A DNA stretch of 64,000 nucleotides from Octopus sinensis. Taxonomy: Eukaryota. Shown here piece after piece: positions 13,600-27,332 of this stretch. The stretch lies in the NCBI RefSeq assembly GCF_006345805.1, contig NC_043004.1, forward strand, positions 26,660,001 to 26,724,000, read 5' to 3'. The notes below the pieces were generated by a model, which did no database searches, was not told the origin of the DNA, and saw only the letters and a list, made by a program, of their open reading frames with translations. How positions within the stretch are numbered: position 1 is the first letter of the stretch; the number at the start of each line of letters is the position of its first letter. The position numbers and the translations under genes were made by a program.

Positions 13600-13910
13600 C
13601 TTGCTGCTGCTTCTTGCTTTATGTTCATGCTTGATGGGGTGCGGATCATCCCAGTTTAGTCATCCCAGAGACGTCATCATGCATAGAGCCAATCAGGCCC
13701 AACAGTGCTCTCCATTGCTGGTGATCCAGTACCTGGCCCTCTGCATCCTCCAAGATGACATTGAGCCTCTGGAGATCTTCCCCAAGGTCTCTTCCAGCTC
13801 ACAGCTACTGTGTCAAATGAGAGTAAAGCCCTGGTAGGATGATCTAGCAAGAGATAGGAGACATGTCCATAGCAGTGCATGTGACAACTATGAGATAGGA
13901 AGCTGCGGGG
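13600..13910 (-). mobile_element. RTE-clade LINE 3' end remnant
   Basis: CYGHVSYL..DHPTRALLSFD....WKRPWGR matches the RTE C-terminal W.GH...KRPRGRP pattern. Confidence 0.7.
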
Positions 13911-14199
13911 AATTGTATCACTAGTGGTGAATTATAAATTGATTACATGTACTCAATCATTGCCTGTTTTCCAATAGTTTTGAAAAAAATTGAAGTTGAC
14001 TATACTGACCTGCCATGCCATAATGCAGTAAGACATCTCTGCAAAATCAGCTTATGGTTTCTGTGACTTCAGATGGAGATTGAAAATTTTTGTAATGAGA
14101 AAAGTTGTTCAGCTTTTCTTGTAAATGGTGAATGGTGGTGGAAATTAGTGTTCTGTCCTAATGTGTTTAATTTTTTACTATAAAGTGATTTTAAGCTTA

Positions 14200-14700
14200 T
14201 ATGCAACACATACTCTACAATGAAAGCCTTTCAGTGTAAATTAACTTTTTTTTCACTCTCTTCTAATGCTAAATAACTGCAACTACTTTCCATTCAGTGA
14301 AAAATTTAACCAAGAAGCAAATTCTCTATTTCTTTCTGAATTCACATGAAGCATTCACACAAAAAAATCTTCTCAGATCTCAACTAAAATGCAAAAACAT
14401 TAAAAATTTTCCCAAATCCATATCACTGCATTATCAAAGAACTTGACGTTAGATTTCCAACTGAAAGTTATTGACTTGCAGCCAAAGAACATGATACAAG
14501 ACAAATATCAAAAAGGAGAGGAAATCTTTTATGAATGCTGCCCAGATAAAAGATATATTTCTTTGAAACCTTAGCATAGTCAGAGATTTGACTCAACCTG
14601 CTGTTTATGGAAATGAAAGCTGTTCAAAGATGAATGTATAAAATAAATTTCTAGGTCAGTATTAACTGACCAATACTTGTCCTTAATTCTGATTACAAGA
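14200..14700 (+). pseudogene. hAT (Buster/Charlie-type) transposase C-terminal remnant
   Basis: FPNP....FQLKVIDLQ....DKYQ....FY..CP...F.ST pattern with frameshifts. Confidence 0.6.
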
Positions 14701-14839
14701 ACCACAATATTTGGGCCATAATGTGACAATATTTTGTTCCTACCACCATAAAAATTGCATGAGAATTTCCTAGTTCTCACTGATTGACATCTTACAGAAG
14801 TTTATGTAGGGATGTATTCTTCCAATGATTTCTGATGTA

Positions 14840-15020
14840 AGCACAGGGCCAAAAGTTTTGAAGGGTGGGATTATTTGATATCAGTAACTTCACTACTTGT
14901 TCGATACTTTATTCCATCAATCCCAGAAGGGAGAAAGCCATTGGCAGGATCTGAACCCAGAATGAAAAGATTCTGAACAAATATTGCAAAATATTTTTCC
15001 AATGTTCTAACCAGTCCACT
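14840..15020 (-). mobile_element. Degenerate SINE family B
   Basis: Diverged match to the family B head and core. Confidence 0.55.
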
Positions 15021-15254
15021 ACCCTTATATGTTCTGATGGTGTAAAACATTACAACTATTAAACAAACTGTTTTCATGGTACTGTTATATCATGGTTTTA
15101 TTTTACAATCATTTTGACTTTCAAAACAAAATATTTCCAATCCAATTCCTAAAATGTTTACTAATTTCTCATAAAACAATATATTTTTTTCTGAGAAGTG
15201 TAAAATTAATCAAATCTTCTACAGAATATTTATGAATACATTAATGGAGAAGCT

Positions 15255-15960
15255 AGGTGGTTGTTGGATTTACTAGAAATAATAGTCAAAATTTTTCCAA
15301 TCACATTGTACCATCTTCAAAACAATGGAAAAAGAAGGAAAATTTAGTCATGTTTTGGAAGTCCTTCTTGTCATGATGATACCATCGTTTTTTACAGACA
15401 TAGTATATCCAGAACTACATTAGCAATTGCATCTATTTGATATGAAAACAGGAAGTGATTTGAGAGAGATTTGGTTGCTATTTATGCTAGGTCAGGTGAT
15501 TGTGTAGAAGCTATATAATTGACTGATATTTCATATTATGCAACTGGTGGTGAAAATAACATGTCTTAGATAGATCTTAGCAAGAAATATAAAGGACAAG
15601 GGTGACATGTTTTAGAGGGCATTCTTCAGGAAATGTATTTCAATGCCATAATCTTATTATTCTAATGAAGGATTTATTTATTAGAACTCAAACAAAAGGA
15701 TGATGTTAAAATAAGGAAAAAAAATTAAAAAATTAACATTGAAGAATTCTTGCCTTATTTTGACAAATGCTTAAGAGAATTCTTGCATAGTTCATTTAAT
15801 ATAACTTTAAATAGTAACAACAGAGATTTACAAAGTGCTCAGTTGGTTGTATGTCGAACAAATAGATAGAACAGAGTTAATAAGTGAGCTAGAAATAGCA
15901 GTCAAATCTTCTCCAAATTTCACACTAGGGAAGGAAGAAACACAATGAGTTATGTCATTA
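15255..15960. repeat. Cluster of old repeat family E copies (GCTAGAAATAGCAGCCAAATCT..CTCAAATCAC-like motif)
   Basis: Motif at about 15272(+), 15475(-), 15888(+); also about 1075(-), 16715(-), 30482(+), 31173(+), 36935(+). Confidence 0.65.
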
Positions 15961-16279
15961 CCAGTAGAAATATAGAACACCTCTGGTTAAGGATCTACTC
16001 ATCAGTGCTGATGTGAATGTAAACAACAAGAATCAGATGAATAATTGATATAGCATATCTCCTCACTGCAAATGTCTAGAATAGGTAGAATACTGAACAC
16101 CATTGTAAGTGCCAGTAGTAGCATAGTAACATTGTTGAATGTTTAATTAGCTGGTAGTGTTGAGTGATCACCATACATTGTCATTGTGTTTTGGTTGTGA
16201 TGCCCTGACATTTCAGGGCCAATTCAGTTCATCAGCAAGGAGAAGTTTAGAAAAGGGAAAAGCATCCACAATTCATTAT

Positions 16280-16640
16280 AAAACAGGGGTAGTGGAACCA
16301 TTAAAATCTCAGACAAAGTGTTCCATAATATTTGTTCTGGCTCTTTATATTCTGTGTTCAAATCCCACTGAGGTCTGCTTTACTTTTTAACCTTCTCGCA
16401 TCAAAGAATAAAGCACCAGTCAAGTATACATGGTTTTTCCCTCCCCACAAAATTTCCGACTTTGTGTCTATGCAAAGATATTATCATTTCTAAAACAAAG
16501 TTAAAATAGTATCAAAAACAGTAAAGCACTACACTATACAGCTATCAGTACTATATTTTGTCTCTATATTCTACATTCAAACTCCATTAGGTTGACTTTC
16601 CATTTCCTCTATCCAGAGGTCTAATAGTCAATGCATCCCA
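16280..16640 (+). mobile_element. Two degenerate SINE family B copies
   Basis: gttcaaatcccactgaggtc.. and attcaaactccattaggttgacttt match the family B core. Confidence 0.55.
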
Positions 16641-16799
16641 GCCATGACCACCCCATATTTTTTGGACAGGATTAGGTTATTTTTAAGATAATAGAGTAGA
16701 ATTCAAAGAAAATTTGGCTGTTATGTCTGACAGGTCTGTATAGAAACTCTTTTATTTTCAGTAAGTATCAGTGATGCACTTGAGGAAATACCATCAGCT

Positions 16800-17420
16800 A
16801 AAAACTTCCCATACATGTTTATGATGGTCGTTTTGCCTTGTAGGAAATCATAATTCCTTATAAGAGTAATATCCTATTAGTTTTTCCGGCATGGAAGATC
16901 ACATTGAAACTTAGAATGTTTGTTTAGGTGCTCATGTCTTTGTAATTAATTTATGGCACACATAGAACATAAACTTGCAGTCATCAAAACTAGGTTTTAT
17001 TGCCAAGGTGATATCTTCAGTCTTTTTCAAATAAAAACATAAACTCAGCTGCACTTTAACATGTGTAATATCTATCAAAATAGTTGTCATACAGTTCTAT
17101 GATATGATTATTAAGTCAAATTTTCAGTAGCGAGGTGTAAACTTCATAGTAAATTTTTTCTGCATCAATATTCATTCTGTTCTTTACCATCAGTAACTAT
17201 CTTCATTATATAGCCTCACTGAATGCCAAAAATCTTTCACAAAACTGTCAACAACAGGAAGTGTATTCATCATTTTCATAATGCTGCTTTCTTTGTTCTT
17301 CCTGTGAGGAATAGTTTAGGAGGAGTTTCTTAGCTAGTTTAAAGTATATTTGCCAGTGATTTAAAAGTATCAGCTTGTTCACTGACTTTAATATCCTTAG
17401 ATAAGAGAAGTACAAATATT
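16800..17420 (-). pseudogene. Possible pogo/Tigger transposase relic
   Basis: Only weak, frameshifted resemblance to FNADETGLF and neighbouring motifs. Confidence 0.3.
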
Positions 17421-17784
17421 AAACTATGAGTCTGTCTCAGTTAATTATACAATATACCATTCTATGTGATAACCAATGAGCTCAGTATGTATATGGTATT
17501 AAACATTGATAATGCTAAAATGAATGGTAGAACTAAGCAAAATGCTCACTGACAGGACACCAACTCAACATTCTGCACTTAACCATTTCCTTCTCAAATT
17601 AAAACTTAGAATGTCTAATATCAATTAATAATCTTTGATTACTTATGAAACACTTTATATATATATATGTTTAAAACTATTTTAACACTGTTTGTTTGAA
17701 ATATACTGCCTTCGTTTCATTTAATTTTTGAAAATAAAAAAATTTAGTAAAATACCTTTGTCTCATTATTAATCTGGTGTTTAA

Positions 17785-18130
17785 GCAGTGAGCTGGCAGA
17801 ATTATTAGCATGGACAAAACACTATGCGACTCTGCCATTCAACCTTTCAAGGTCAATAAAATAAGTACCAGTTGAACACTAAGGTCAATGTAATCAACTA
17901 AACCCTACCCTAAAATTGCAGGCTTTGTACCAAACTTTAAAACCAAAGGTAGCAAGCTGACAGAATTGTTAAAGCACCAGACAAAATGCTTAGTGGTGTT
18001 TCTTCCAGCTTTTTACATTCTGAGCTCGAATTCTACCAAAGTCAATTATACTTTCGTTCTTTCTGAGTTGATAAAATAAACTACCAGTTGAGTAATAGGT
18101 AATTTATTACTCAAATAACCCTCTTTCTTT
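17785..18130 (+). mobile_element. Two tandem SINE family B copies
   Basis: gcagtgagctggcagaattattagc.. and ggtagcaagctgacagaattg..; each has gataaaataa.taccagttga. Confidence 0.75.
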
Positions 18131-18242
18131 AAAATTTAATTTACATCAATCTAAATAGAAAGTTTGTATTATAGAATCAGGGGCAGTCTTTGAAGGGCTG
18201 GTATTGAAAGGATTAAAACATGTAGATATACGTTTATTTTAC

Positions 18243-18920
18243 ACTAGCAGTAATACCCGTCGTTACTTTTATTCTTTCTCAGGAGTCACATTCAAAGTAT
18301 TATTATATATATAATAGATTTCTCAATGGGGATTTCAGGGGAGAGTTTCAGGGAGTCACTGGCGATGCATCGTGATGATCAAAAATCCGGCCTGCTAAAA
18401 TTTGGTTAAAGTGATTCAAACTGCAGACTCAATGCAAAATGGTCACATTTAATTCAAAGCATTAAAAATGTTATGGAAACAATTGGTATGTGTTCACAAA
18501 GTCCAAACGATTAATACAAAAAACCCTCCAGGCTACATCCCGAAAATGAATTTCTTTGCCGAATTTCTACAATGTTTACGGCGATTCGTTTTTATATCTT
18601 GATTTTTTTTTTTCATGCAATTTATGCATGCTTGCACACGTGGTGAACACAGTTCACGTCAAACAGCTGACTGAGTAAAGTTCACTATTCAATGCATGGG
18701 ATAAGGCCGAAACAAGCATATTATTGATTTTTGCACTTGCGAGATGAATTTCGGAACAGAAATAGTGCAGTTCAATTTTCATTCGCCTAAACTTTAAGTG
18801 ATCCATTTTTGGTGGTTCTACGATTTGTTGGCTAGGAGGAGATGTGCCAGGAAGTTAAACACACAGACACACACACAGATACACACACAGACACACAAGT
18901 TGAGTTTTATATATATAGAT
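18243..18920 (+). mobile_element. Non-autonomous Helentron/HINE-like element
   Basis: Starts actagcagtaatacccg; (CA)-rich microsatellite near the end; ends ttttatatatatagat. Confidence 0.65.
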
Positions 18921-19671
18921 GTGTAGTTTTGCTTTGAGTATTATTGGGCCATAAAACTCCATTTATAGTAAAGAAGATAATCTGAAGTTAGCAAAAGAGA
19001 ATTAATAGGGACATATTGAAGACAGCTCAGAGGTGTTAATAAGGATAATTTACAAGTCATGGTTGTTAAATTAGTTTAATTTGTTTTGTCAATATTTCAT
19101 TTACCACTTTACAAAATTTACTAGAAATTCTATAAAAGAAAAGTCCTGAGATATAGATATGTGTTGAAATAGGATAGCACTTGATTCATTTAAGTGCAAG
19201 ATGTAATTAGAAAGCTCTGTTGATCTAGAACTTATTTCAAAGATGAAGGTAATAGATTTTGAAGATATTCTGTGTTTGCTAGATATTAAAGGCACCAGGA
19301 TCAATAGGTTTGCATTTATTAATAATGTAGCACCATATATCAACAGATCAGAAAAGGGTAAACTTTAAAGCAAAACATTCACCTTGAAGTAGCTTTCTAA
19401 TATCCTGAATAAGAGACAAGAATTAATGCCTTTATGGAAACAACCAAAACCAATATTACTACTAGAGAAATATCAAACTTGGGTAAGTCAACAAACTACA
19501 TCAGTTAGAGTCCATGCCACTTCCTGTAATAGGACTAAATAGTTTATTTGAAGGACTGATAGAAATAATACAAGATTTGACTGAGTGAATAGATTTACAA
19601 GCACACAACATCTAAAATAGTACATGCTTTTAAAATGGTATTAAACTGAAATTATTATTTTTATGGAATAG

Positions 19672-20010
19672 ACATAGGTTTGATTGTGTAGTTAAAAAGC
19701 TTGGTTTGCAACGATAGGGTTTTAGGTGTACTCTCACAGCACTACACACATTGTCATGTGTGTATGCGTTTTTGTGTGTTTGTGTGTGTCTTTGTGTCTG
19801 TGTTTGTCTTTCCTATTGCTTGTCAACTGATGCTAGTTTATTTACATTCCTATAACTTTGCAATTTAGCAAAAAAAAAAAAAAGACAAACAAAAATGATA
19901 GAATAAGTACTGACTTTAAAATAACTACTATGGTAGATCTGTTCAACTAAAACCCTTCAAGGTGGTGTCCTTGCAGGACCACTCTCCACTGACTGAAACA
20001 AGTTTTAAAG
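19672..20010 (+). mobile_element. Degenerate SINE family A
   Basis: tRNA-like head, TG microsatellite, gatagaataagtac, gactgaaacaag tail. Confidence 0.7.
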
Positions 20011-20554
20011 AGATAAGCCACATGTACATATGAGAAAATCTGAAATAAAATCCTTCAATGAATATCATGAGACCTTTTGGTTTTCTCTTCTCTTATATTC
20101 CAGCCTTCCTTTAGTAATCCTGTTGTTTTAGATTGATGTATAGAATTATGTATATATGTAAGTATACTGTAAAGTGTTAAAATGTATGTATAATCTGCTA
20201 ATATAATAATGAGCATTGTCTTTTTATATATTTGTATATATATACACACAAAATAGAGCTGGAGTGAGAGGTGAAGGTAGAGGAGATAAATGGCAAAGAG
20301 AGTATCATATGAATGAGAAAGGAAGGGATGATAGATGAATATTGAAGGAAGGAGTGAAAGCCGATAAACGGCATTTGAAGTGTGAATATATGCGTGTGTA
20401 AAAGCGACGTATGTTTGTGTGCATGTGTGTGTGTACAATGGAAATGGGATGGTAATGTTCAATGCTGAAACTGTGTGAGTATATATGTGTGAGCATGTAC
20501 AAAAGAGCTATATGAAATTTTATACATGTAAAGTAAAAAAAATATAAAAAATAA

Positions 20555-20755
20555 ACTAGAATCCTTGTCTGATATTGGATCAATCCCAAAATCTAATCAG
20601 TCCGTTCCAGTTATGAGGCCAAACATCCTTAAAAGTTTCATCCAAATCCATTCAGCGGTTCTTGAGATATCTTGTTCATGGATAAACAAGGAAACAAACA
20701 AAGAAACAAACATGACTGAAAACAATACCGCCGCCTTCGCTAAAGTAGAGGTAAT
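20555..20755 (+). mobile_element. Short HINE-like element
   Basis: actag start, aagtttcatccaaatcc..ggttcttgagatatc core, (AAAC)n, terminal hairpin-like ccgccttcgctaaagtagagg. Confidence 0.55.
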
Positions 20756-20784
20756 AATAATAATAATAATAATAATAATCCATT

Positions 20785-20990
20785 CTACTATAGGCACATG
20801 GCCTGAAAATTTTGGGGAGGCAGCTAGTTGATTACATCAACCCCAGTATGTAACTGGTACTTATTTCACTGACCCTCTCATGGTATGAAAGGTAAAGTCA
20901 ACCTCAGTGGAATTTGAATTCAAAATGTAAGGACAGCTGCTAAGTATTTTTTCCAGCGTGTGCTAGTGATTCTGCCAGCTTGTCACCTTG
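20785..20990 (-). mobile_element. SINE family B
   Basis: Reverse complement of the family B head and core. Confidence 0.8.
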
Positions 20991-21199
20991 ATAATAACAA
21001 TAATAATCTTGATAGCCATAATTTGTATTAATAGCACCAGCTTTCTGTCTGTTTCAGTAGAGAATTATAAGACATTTCACACAAGTTGCTGCTCTTTTAT
21101 TATAATATTTTGTGTCAAAATCCATTTTTAATAGAGTTTACATTAATCAGAGTGAATGTTTGTTTCTGCCATATTATGTAGATTAGTTTACTACAGAAG

Positions 21200-22320
21200 T
21201 ATCATACCATCTTAAATACATCCACAGCAATCAAGGTGACATTGGGAACCAATTTGTATAATGGTTTAGCAGGCTCTCCAGGCTGGTAGAATGACAGAAA
21301 GAATTTATAGATATAAAAAAAAAATCAGGTGTCATTGGATATGTTTTTGCATACATGAATACTTTTAAGTTTTGAAAGTGACTACTGCCATATTGCCATT
21401 TATTGTTCATAATGGAGAATAATCACAATAAAAGTCAAGAGATAAAAATAAGTTCTTAGTTCTGAACTGGTATATCCTGATAATCCTCAGGTATCACATC
21501 TTTACAGTCAAGTGAACAAACACATAACAAATAATCCCTGCGAAGCAGATAATACAAAGTTCTCTAGTGTGGTGGATGGTCAGTGTAGCAAGAAATTTCC
21601 AATAACCATTATTTGTATTCACAATATTATCACTAAAGTCTGAAAGAAGAGAGTCATAGTGCTTCTATATGCACTGGAAGTAAAGATGTTGTTGACAGTT
21701 GTTTTATTGTACACAATATATAGTTGCTACAAAGGTAAGAGATTCAAAAATAGTGAGTGGTGTGCATCTCAATTTAGATAGCAAAATACCTATACATGTA
21801 TGCCTTTTAGAAGTTTGATCATTCAACAGTCTTATTGCAGAGAGAAATAAATCATGTACATCTTGATATTCATCATTAGCAAAGAAAGTCAATCTGCTGA
21901 AATTTTTAATTATAAATATTGTTGATGTATTTGTGCGTCTGGGACTGACAGTTTTTAATTTTCAAATTCAACAAAGACATCCTATCATTAAATATCATTT
22001 GCCAAGATATTTATTGATCAAGAAATTAGTATGTTTGATCCAAATAATGCTCAAGTGGTGCTTGAACACAACAAGACTTATAGCTTATTTGAAGAAAATG
22101 AAGATGAACTCCAGGCAAGAGTTATTTATGATGACTTTCTCAGATATTCCACTTGTCACAATACATCTAGCGGCATTACAAAAGAATCCTTGATGTTACT
22201 GGCAGGATCTATGTAATTCATTCTTTAAGGGAGAGCTTTCTTATGTTTGGTTATTGCTTCTGTAAAACACAGGTGCTACAGGTTTTACTGATTTGCTTGC
22301 TATGAACAATGTTTGGCATG
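21200..22320 (+). pseudogene. Decayed Helitron Rep/helicase
   Basis: Relic of EFQKRGLPHxH (about 21370), LY..V.KH..PC...DGQCSKKFP (21500-21600), F.IQQRHP, FEENED..AR.IYDDF..Y, GATGFTDL; probably resumes at 24560-24890. Confidence 0.75.
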
Positions 22321-22347
22321 TCTACCAGATGGTGAATTTTATAGAAA

Positions 22348-23069
22348 ACTAGCAGTATAACCTGGCCTTGCCTAGGGTTAAGTTACGATTAATAAGCTAA
22401 TCAAGTTCTTTATTTCAAACCAAACTAAGTAATATAGACGTCAAATTTAGGCGAAATCCGTTGAAATTAGTTATATTATATATATATAATATAATATAAA
22501 TATATATGGCCAACAGGCACGAACACACATACACACATGTACGTACATACGCCTATTGCATGTTTTGTGCACGCATACATCTTCATAAACAGAAATGAAT
22601 GGAAAAAATGTTGTTAAATTTGTAGATTAACACTCGCATGATTTTCACTAAAGTATATTATACTATGATTACAAAATATAATGTCTTTCAAAATCAAAAA
22701 ACAAAACATTTTACATTTTATTTTTTATGAACGTCATAACTTACTCTCTCTCTCTCTCTCACTTTGTCTTTCCCGTAAAACTCTCTGCCTCCTTCTTCCA
22801 CTTTTCTTTATCTTATTTTTTTTTGTTAGACGCCATCAAAAAAGCCAAGGCTGATATTTTTCGTGGTTAAAAGCTATGTCTAAAAATAGATATTTACGCT
22901 ACCCACGGGTGCTTCGGGGAAAAAAATAAGTTGACAAATCCCAGATAGAGTGTTAACAAATGTCCTCCTACAATTTGAGTGACATGCGTGCTAATTTGTG
23001 GACATACATAAATTACAATCACGTACACACACACACACGCACACACATCCTCCCTTTTATAGATATGAT
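22348..23069 (+). mobile_element. Non-autonomous Helentron/HINE-like element
   Basis: actagcagtataacctgg start, (CA)n, cttttatagatatgat end; same layout as 18243-18920. Confidence 0.6.
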
Positions 23070-23164
23070 GATCCTGATCAACAGCAAAGTTTGACAAGAG
23101 TTAGATTTAAGCATTCTTGTGAAGAAATATGCAAGGTATAATATGCTCAGTTCATAAAGAAGAA

Positions 23165-24548
23165 GAGCAGGTGCTAAAAATTATGGGCTTGACTCTCTGA
23201 CTTCACATGTTAGCAAGGTCATGGAACACAGTATCAGAAAGAGGCCCATCACATTCCTGGAACAAAATAACTTGCTCTCAAACATAGCAACATAGCCTCT
23301 GTCCAAGGAGGATCTGCATCACACAGCTACTACAGTATTATGAGTAGGTACTGAAATAACAGTTCAACCACTTAAAAGTGGATGTGATATATCTCAGCTT
23401 TGTCAAGACCTTTGACAAAATTGATCATGGGATAACATGTCACAAGTTGCATGACATTCGAATTACTGGAAAATTAGACAAGTGGCTGCATGACTTTTTA
23501 AAAGGCAGAAGTCAGACAGTGCTCTTTCTAGGGAGACATCATTTACCTTAAGGAACTGTATTGGGATTACTACTGTATGTGGTGGCTCTCTTCTCAGACA
23601 TGCCCTCAGCCTTACAGTCAGTCACTCTCAGCTATGTTGATGATAAGAAAAGTATCACAGTGGTCAAAGATCCTGATGACATCCTAAAACTGTAGAAAGA
23701 CCTGAAAGTTATATATAGGTGGGCTGATGAAAATAACATGCAGACTACATTCAGAATACACAGTCCAGAGGTTGGTGCAATCCTAGTCAGAGTCAGAGTC
23801 GGTGCATGACCTTGGAATCCATATGAGTAATGAGGCCACATTCCATATGCATATCACCTAGATGACAACACTGCACACAAATAGCTGGTTGGATTCTGAA
23901 ATCATTCAGAACCAGGAAAAAGAATTCTGTGATACTTCTGTGGAGAACTTTTGTTCTCAGTCATCTGGATTACTGCTCCCAACTGCAGTCACTGCAGAGC
24001 ATAAAACTAATGGTAGAACTTGAGGCAATTCAGTGGAAATACACATAGAAGAAGACTGACTTAGTGAAACAAACGAACTACTTGGAGAGGCTAAAGGAAT
24101 GCTACTCCATAGAGAAGGTGTGAAAGATATGCAGTGCTATACATATGGAAGATTCTGAAAGGTCTAGCTCCCAACTTTGGAACTGAAAGCTATACCAACC
24201 AGCAAACTGGCTGCATTGCATAATAATAAAGACCTTGTTTTCTCTACCTGGAAGAAGAACTCAGTAATGTTAACAGCTGGGGTTTCAAGGGTCTATAACT
24301 CGTCAACATTCTGCCAAACAGCCTCAGAGATTTTTGAGGTATAGATGTGGAGGTCTTCAAAGAATGTCTGAACACACTTTTATCTGAGGTACCAGATAAA
24401 GCCTCATTGTGGCAGAAAGCACAAAGGAGAGCAGCTCCGTCCAACTCACTACTTTATCAGAAACATTAGAGAAAAGAAACCCAATCACACTGAAAGACAG
24501 TGTCCCAGCATGGCCTCAGTCTTTAGCTGAAACCAATAGAACAATAAA
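23165..24548 (+). mobile_element. Decayed CR1-group LINE, RT through 3' UTR
   Basis: SLTSHVSKVME..FLEQNNLL, TQLL, VDVIYL.F.K.FDK.DHG, SYVDD, SHLDYCSQL; ends ctgaaaccaatagaacaataaa. Confidence 0.85.
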
Positions 24549-25524
24549 CGCATATTCTACATTTTTTATCTTTAAGCTAGTAACAGCTGCACATGTTTCA
24601 TATTGATGTTTTGGAAGACAACATTTATTAAATTCGAAAAAATTTAACTGATGAAACAACACTGATATATGCAGTGACTGATCTGTTGTATATGTTGGAC
24701 AATTTAGTTAGTAAGATTGAAGTATAATACTTTTCAGTTTATCCACTGCCTAACATGGTTTTATAAAAGATAATATCTCAGTTTATGAAGAAAATATTGA
24801 TTCTGATGTTGAAACTATTTACAATGAATATATCCACTTGCTCAATGATGACAAAAAAATCACTTTGAAAGCATTAAAAGGAAAAATGAGACATTAATGA
24901 ACAAAGATTGAGACTGATTAATACCTCAGGTGGCACAATTAAAGCCTCTTGTGCAATATATTGTTCTTGTATGTACATGAAAAAGTACATAAGCTTTGTT
25001 ATAACATAGTCTGAACTTGTGTAACATTACTGAAACAGGACTGCACTGCATGCTATGGTCATGGGGCTTTGTATATTCTAATGTAGATGGTTTTTCAACC
25101 AGGTATTTTTTATACATCTTTTTATATTATTCATTTTGCCTCTTGTGTAAGTTATCTTAGTGTATTCTTAAATAGCATTGAAATTATGTTTCAATATTTT
25201 TGGTACTGTCTTGACTTTGATACTGCAATGATGAAGACAACTGATTGGCAGCTGAAGATGGTAAGTTCACTATTTATGTGATGTGTTTTCATTCTTACAT
25301 AGTTGCCTCTACTCATTGTGACTAACTCTGTAGGCTCTCTTCAGACAGTTTTGGTGTTTCTAGTTTTATTTATATTTTTTTTCAATTTTACTTATTTTTT
25401 TCATATTTGGAATATTTAAACATTTTTAAAGAGAATTTACTTGTGGCAGATATTAGTTTTTATATGATTTGTACTTTAATATGTGTTTGGTGTTGTTTAA
25501 CAGTGAACATAATGTATATATATC

Positions 25525-25870
25525 AGAGTCGGTGACCCCACCCCTTCGGTCATAAATGACCATGGGATTGCACCAAGAAAGTTACCCACGAAGGCACAAG
25601 TCCAGGCAAGGTTGTTTACAGAAGACCAGCAGTCGCCCATGCATACCAGACTGCCCTCTCCATGCCACTGGTATTGTCCAAGGGAATGGAAAAGGCCGAT
25701 ACAGCTTGGCACCAGTGACGTTGCAACTCATTTCTACAGATGAGTAAACTGGAGCAACGTCAAATAAAGTGTCTTGCTCAAGAACACAACACACAGTCCG
25801 GTCCGGGATTCGAAGTCACAACCTCACAGTCATAAGTTTGATGCTCTTACCACTGAGCCATGCGCCTTCA
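25525..25870 (-). mobile_element. SINE family C
   Basis: Minus-strand head aggcgcatggctcagtggtaagagc..ttcgaatcccgg, core ttgagcaagacacttta. Confidence 0.85.
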
Positions 25871-26054
25871 CTATATATTTATATATATATGTAATAGAAA
25901 TACGTTTCAAAAAGAAAATAGAAACTACACATAGAAAAGATATGGGGAAAGTAAGAAGAAAAAAAGCAAAAATGCAAATTGAATATCAAAAAAAAATTTT
26001 TTTTAAATAAAATAAAGGCTTTTTTATGAAAAGTAGTGATAAATAAATACAATT

Positions 26055-26127
26055 AGATGAACTGAGGTAGAATTAAATTCATTATTTTGAATTGTTAAAG
26101 AGACTCAAAATTAAACCGGTATCATCT
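26055..26127 (+). ncRNA. Degenerate hammerhead motif
   Basis: agatga aCTGAGG...tAAAC cg GTA tcatct; 6-bp stem I, damaged core. Confidence 0.5.
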
Positions 26128-26752
26128 TTGTTGTTCACTGGCTTTGAAATATATATATATATATATATATAGGAGATAAATAAAAATATATGCATACATA
26201 CAAACATATATGTACGTACCTACATCTACATGTATATATACATGCATATATAAATAATTATACGGAAGTACAGGACATCACAATAAGACGTAGAAACAGA
26301 AAAAGCCAAAAAACAAAAAACAAGAAAACGGAAAACGAAAACAAATACAGGACAGGTTACACAAGGACAAACCCCCGTCATCAGCTGTCGCTAGAGGAGT
26401 CAGGCATGTTTCGAAGGCATAACAGAACACTAATCCAATAGGCCTTCCTGCGAGAGAATTAAAATAAAATTTCAAGCAGCGGGGCACAATGAGTACGAAC
26501 ACAAACAAGACGTAACAATAAGACTGCAAAATTAAAATACATGTACAAAAACAAACACAAGAGGACGAACGAAAAAGCCTTTTTTCTGGCATAGACAAAC
26601 ATAAAACTGCAAAAATAAAAATACATGTACAAAAAGTACAATTAGTTACAAAACGAGAAAATAACAAGAATACTATACAGGAAATTAACCACACAAGGGG
26701 ACGAACGAAGAAGCCTTTTGCTGGCAAGGACGAAAGTATACATAAACATCAA

Positions 26753-26840
26753 CACTACAGCTGTTTCAGATGTGTTCTATATTGATGAACAAAAGCGTTA
26801 CATCAAACAAAAAGAAAAAGAAAATTGTTTTCCTCAGGTG
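26753..26840 (-). ncRNA. Type I hammerhead ribozyme motif with long stem II
   Basis: cac CTGAGGA a..(63 nt)..t GAAA C agct G TA gtg. Confidence 0.8.
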
Positions 26841-27332
26841 AATAAAGAGTAAAATTTAACACTTAGAATTTCTCACAAAACAGAGCATAGAGCAAATTGA
26901 CCCTACTAACTGGGTTACAGCTGAGAGAGTGAACAGCGAAAGGTATTACAGAGTATATATTCATGCTGATACATTAATGAATTCGTTTGAGGGACCAGAA
27001 TAAAGGAAGGAAGTAGGGGGAAGACATAGAAAGAGAGAAATGGAGGGAGAAAAGAAGGGGAAAAAAGAAAAAAGGAAAAAAAGAAGTCCCATCACTTAAA
27101 GGAATATTTCAAAGTGTTTTGGGAACCAACAGCTGAAGGGACAATCCTTAGTTTATTTATTACTTTTTATCAGTGGTGCAGCATAACATCCCTTCAGCTG
27201 TTTGTCCTCAAGATTTTTCACTGTAATAGCTTCTAATATTCACTCTCCCAGCTGTAACCTTGTTGTAGAGTCAATTTGCATTATGCTCTATTTTCTAGGA
27301 AATTTATGTGTTGACTTTTATTATTGTTTCAC

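Noticed and set aside
15886-15900. GAGCTAGAAATAGCA matches part of the engineered Cas9 sgRNA scaffold
   Set aside because: Short coincidental match inside an endogenous repeat motif seen many times in the window; no flanking scaffold sequence
25780-25870. tRNA gene
   Set aside because: tRNA-derived SINE head that continues into SINE body; no complete acceptor stem
26380-26460. Minus-strand gaaggc..gccttcGAAACatgc with a nearby CTGATGA
   Set aside because: The core halves are in the wrong order or too damaged to close stem I; possibly a relic but unsupported
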